This document shows, one piece after another, positions 61,097 to 64,000 of a stretch of DNA of 64,000 nucleotides. Source of the stretch: Eremomyces bilateralis CBS 781.70 (Eukaryota). The translations under genes and the position numbers were made by a program. A model generated the notes under the pieces. It was given only the letters and a program-made list of their open reading frames with translations, did not search any database and was not told the origin of the DNA. The first letter of the stretch is position 1, and every line of letters starts with the position of its first letter. The stretch lies in assembly GCA_010015585.1 (NCBI GenBank), contig ML975155.1. One strand, 5' to 3'.

Positions 61097-62172
61097 ACCT
61101 AGTCCACAGCCGGGAATGGACAGTCACGGCGGTGTAGAAGGCCGAAATTAGGCGGGTGATGGCGGAGTGTGCAAGGCGTGGAAGCTCCGGATCTGGTCCG
61201 CCGCCTTTTTGGTCGAACGAACACTCGACAGGTGATAGGACGACTGCGAAAAAGTTATAGGTCTGTATATCGGCGGTATCGAAGCCTTACAGCCGTTCGT
61301 CTCCTCCTAATTGCAACTTTTTAAAAGATAAGTTCACCTTCAAGAGTCAAAGTTATTTACACCGAAAGGTTGGAGTCCGCCAGTAACATCCAGCCAATGA
61401 TGGGGCGCTAGAACATCTCGCCAATCACACAGCAATTCGGGCGTTAATCCCCTCTTCTATCCCGAGATAGAGAAGCAAGCCAAACTTAGCGGAGTAAGCT
61501 GGACAGTAAATGCAGCGAAGACTTGAAGAATGAAATGCCTCCAACTGAGGTCATTGCTCAGCGTAACAAGTACGGACTTTAGAATACTCAATCGCGGGTT
61601 TGGAATGGTGAACCTTCTTCGGAGATACTCCGTACATGATGCCCATTACTGCTATTGGTGCTACCCTTTGCCACCTTTGACACAATGCATTCCCCGGAGC
61701 GGTCGACCTGTGGGGAGCTTTGGCCTGCATGGGGTCGGGAGCCCGAGGCCAATGTGAATGTCATTTGATGTGGTCAAGATTATCAACAAGAGGCTGGCCG
61801 TTGTCAACATGTCGAACGGTTTCTCGCTAGATATCCACCACTCGGTTGAAACAAAGTTTGATTTTCTACTTGTACAAAGGTAATCGCATATATGTAAACA
61901 GAACGTATAATGAAACAGATCACGAAACAAAGAACAAGGACTCAAGGAGCGTGGACGTGGTACACGACCCACATCTTGACTCCACTAAAGAAAGCCAATT
62001 TCAACGTCCCTCCACCTTTCGTTGATCTTGATGCGAATTCTTCCAACTAGATAGCTGGTCTTTCCGAAGAAAAGAATATGCTAATCAAACTCTGGCAATG
62101 CGAGATATGCATCAGGCCTCATGAATATCTCTCCGTTTTCAACGGTCAACCCTAGTCTTGATATGTTCTCTC

Positions 62173-62760
62173 CTATGTTCTGTGTGACGCCCCTTGCTTA
62201 CGATGGAGCGGTTTCTTCTTCTTGATAGTAGGGCCTTTCTCAGCGAAATAAATTTCAGCTTTGTCGATGCTTTGCCAAACATCGGAGTCCATATACGAAG
62301 CCATCTCTTTTATGCGCTTTTCCAGTCTTTCTGCCTGAGATTGGCGCCGGTGGATCCCGATGGTCCTTGAAGTGCGTCGCTGAAAGATTGCAAACTCGTC
62401 GTTCGCCCGCGTTGCCATTATATCTGCAACCTCGTTCCCTTCAACACCTATATGCCCTTTGATCCACCGGAGGTCGACAGTGCGCCAAGGGACGCCAGGT
62501 CTGCACAGACGAGGATCTGGCATATTAGGCTGCCTTTAACGTGTTGAGTTGTGGAGCACATGGTTTTCCCAACTACATTGCCATGATATCGTCGAGGATA
62601 GGCACGGCATCTATGAAGATGATGGCAGCGAAAGGTTTTGAATTGGCCTAAAAGGTATCCCAATTGGTCTGCAATGCCGTCTCTAGAGCCTTCAGGACTC
62701 CTAATGTCTCGCTCTCCCCTGAGTGAAGCCCACGGTTTGTTTAGATGGCTCCGTGCATCA
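62173..62760 (-). pseudogene. RNase H domain relic (retroelement-derived or decayed gene)
   Basis: LRWIKGHIGVEGNEVADIMA is the RNase HI C-terminal motif; upstream in another frame ETLGVLKALE and IIFID with several in-frame TAG/TAA stops. Confidence 0.65.
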
Positions 62761-64000
62761 TCTAACTGAGCGTTTGAAAAGCCTTGCACACTTTAATGGA
62801 ACCAACCATGCAATGGAGGACGAAATTGGACACCGGGCAATTTTGTGGTATCCGCAGAACTAGCTAGTTAATTATACATGTATTATGGCTCTAAGCCTGT
62901 TTTTCTAATCCTCTAGAGTGAGTCGCGATGGCGCATTTTTTGATCGTATTCTTGTACTTGTTCATTTTTTTCGTTCTGACTTTGGGTCGAGCCACGTTCT
63001 GGTTATCGGTGGTTGCGGTGTTTGGGGATCTGCTTGAGAGCGCAGCTTTTCGTATTGTGGTATGTTCATGTTGTACAAAATGGCGACCTGCGGAGGGAAA
63101 ATGTTGCGGGAAAGTGTTGGTGAGATGTGTAGAAATGGGTGATTTGACTTATAATTATGATATACATTATTGATGTTGTGCTTGAATAAAAATTGAAGAC
63201 TGCTCTAGGCCGTCAAGGGGTGAATGAATTTGATGATGCTACACTTTCGACAGACCCCAAGCCACGGAAATGGGGAACCATATAAATATACCTGACTAGA
63301 CCGAGCATGATATGAGCAGAATCTATATTATCTCAAATGGCTGTCAAGCTAAATAGGTTAAGGAACCAGGAATTTGTGAGCCCAGGGGGTTTGCTTCAGG
63401 GTCACCAATTTCGTCCATCTGTAACAATCAAGCGAAGGCCGTTGGCTTATCTAAGTAGTAGTGTTCTAAAGGTTTTTTAAATAGCAAGCTCTGACACACT
63501 CGATTATATATTCTTTTGAAATTTCAGGGCTGTCGAATTTCTGAACATCATGGCCGTGAGGGACGAAGTACACTTCCCCAGTAGCTTTTGCAAAAAATGG
63601 CTATCTTTACCTCAAATTTACGAAATTGTAGACTAACATTGAGATTTGATTGGTATTAGAAACATTTGTCTGAAGCCGTGCATGGCCTTTCCGGTTACCA
63701 CCAGTGGTACTAATAGTGCTTTTTGGCCCAAAGCGTTGCAGACAGGGTTTCAAGTTTTGCGCTCCGGTAGAACTAAAACTGAAGGAATCTTGCCATGACC
63801 GCCTTGCCAGAAAACGACCCAGAATTCTGCATAACTAGGTACATCTTGATCCTTGGCAGGCAATAAAACTGTTGTTTCAGTGCCAATGACGCCTCAAGCG
63901 CGGAGAGTCAGAGTAGCTTGTAAGGCTGCTAAACGCCTATGAAATGATTTCAAAGATACATAGAATGAGAAATGCTCTGCTAGGGTCCTAGGGGACGTAA

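Noticed and set aside
1..64000. CRISPR arrays, rRNA, intact tRNA genes, PKS/NRPS backbone genes, Starship captain recombinase
   Set aside because: None seen; no repeat-spacer array and no such domain motifs in any frame I could read.

Overview
Eukaryotic DNA from a filamentous ascomycete (Pezizomycotina): short GT-AG introns with CTRAC/CTAAC branch sites throughout. I spliced gene models by hand, so several differ from the raw ORF track. Conserved housekeeping genes: ARV1, RAD14 (XPA), mitochondrial ribosomal bL33 (MRPL39, absent from the ORF track), ATG13, complex I 30-kDa subunit (NDUFS3), NOT4 and BUD22. Other intact genes: a peroxisomal (PTS1 -AKL) 4CL-like acyl-CoA ligase, an RBR E3 ligase, a small TM RING-H2 ligase and a ~1440-aa coiled-coil protein. 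Three secreted or cell-wall genes lie at 8.7-19.6 kb: a PIR-repeat protein, an expansin-like DPBB protein and an unusual ~770-aa CBM52 + PhiA/IgE-binding-like protein. The last carries a ~400-aa insertion of Cys/His-rich modules separated by Kex2/Ste13-type sites and is the most interesting object here. There are two decaying accessory zones. The 22.9-29.3 kb zone holds a NACHT-ankyrin NLR pseudogene, a Tc1/impala transposase relic and a frameshifted tannase. The 54-64 kb zone holds two paralogous C2H2 genes, a 5'-truncated LINE with a 15-bp target-site duplication, tRNA-like relics and an RNase H relic. All family calls come from motif recognition only; no database search was run.
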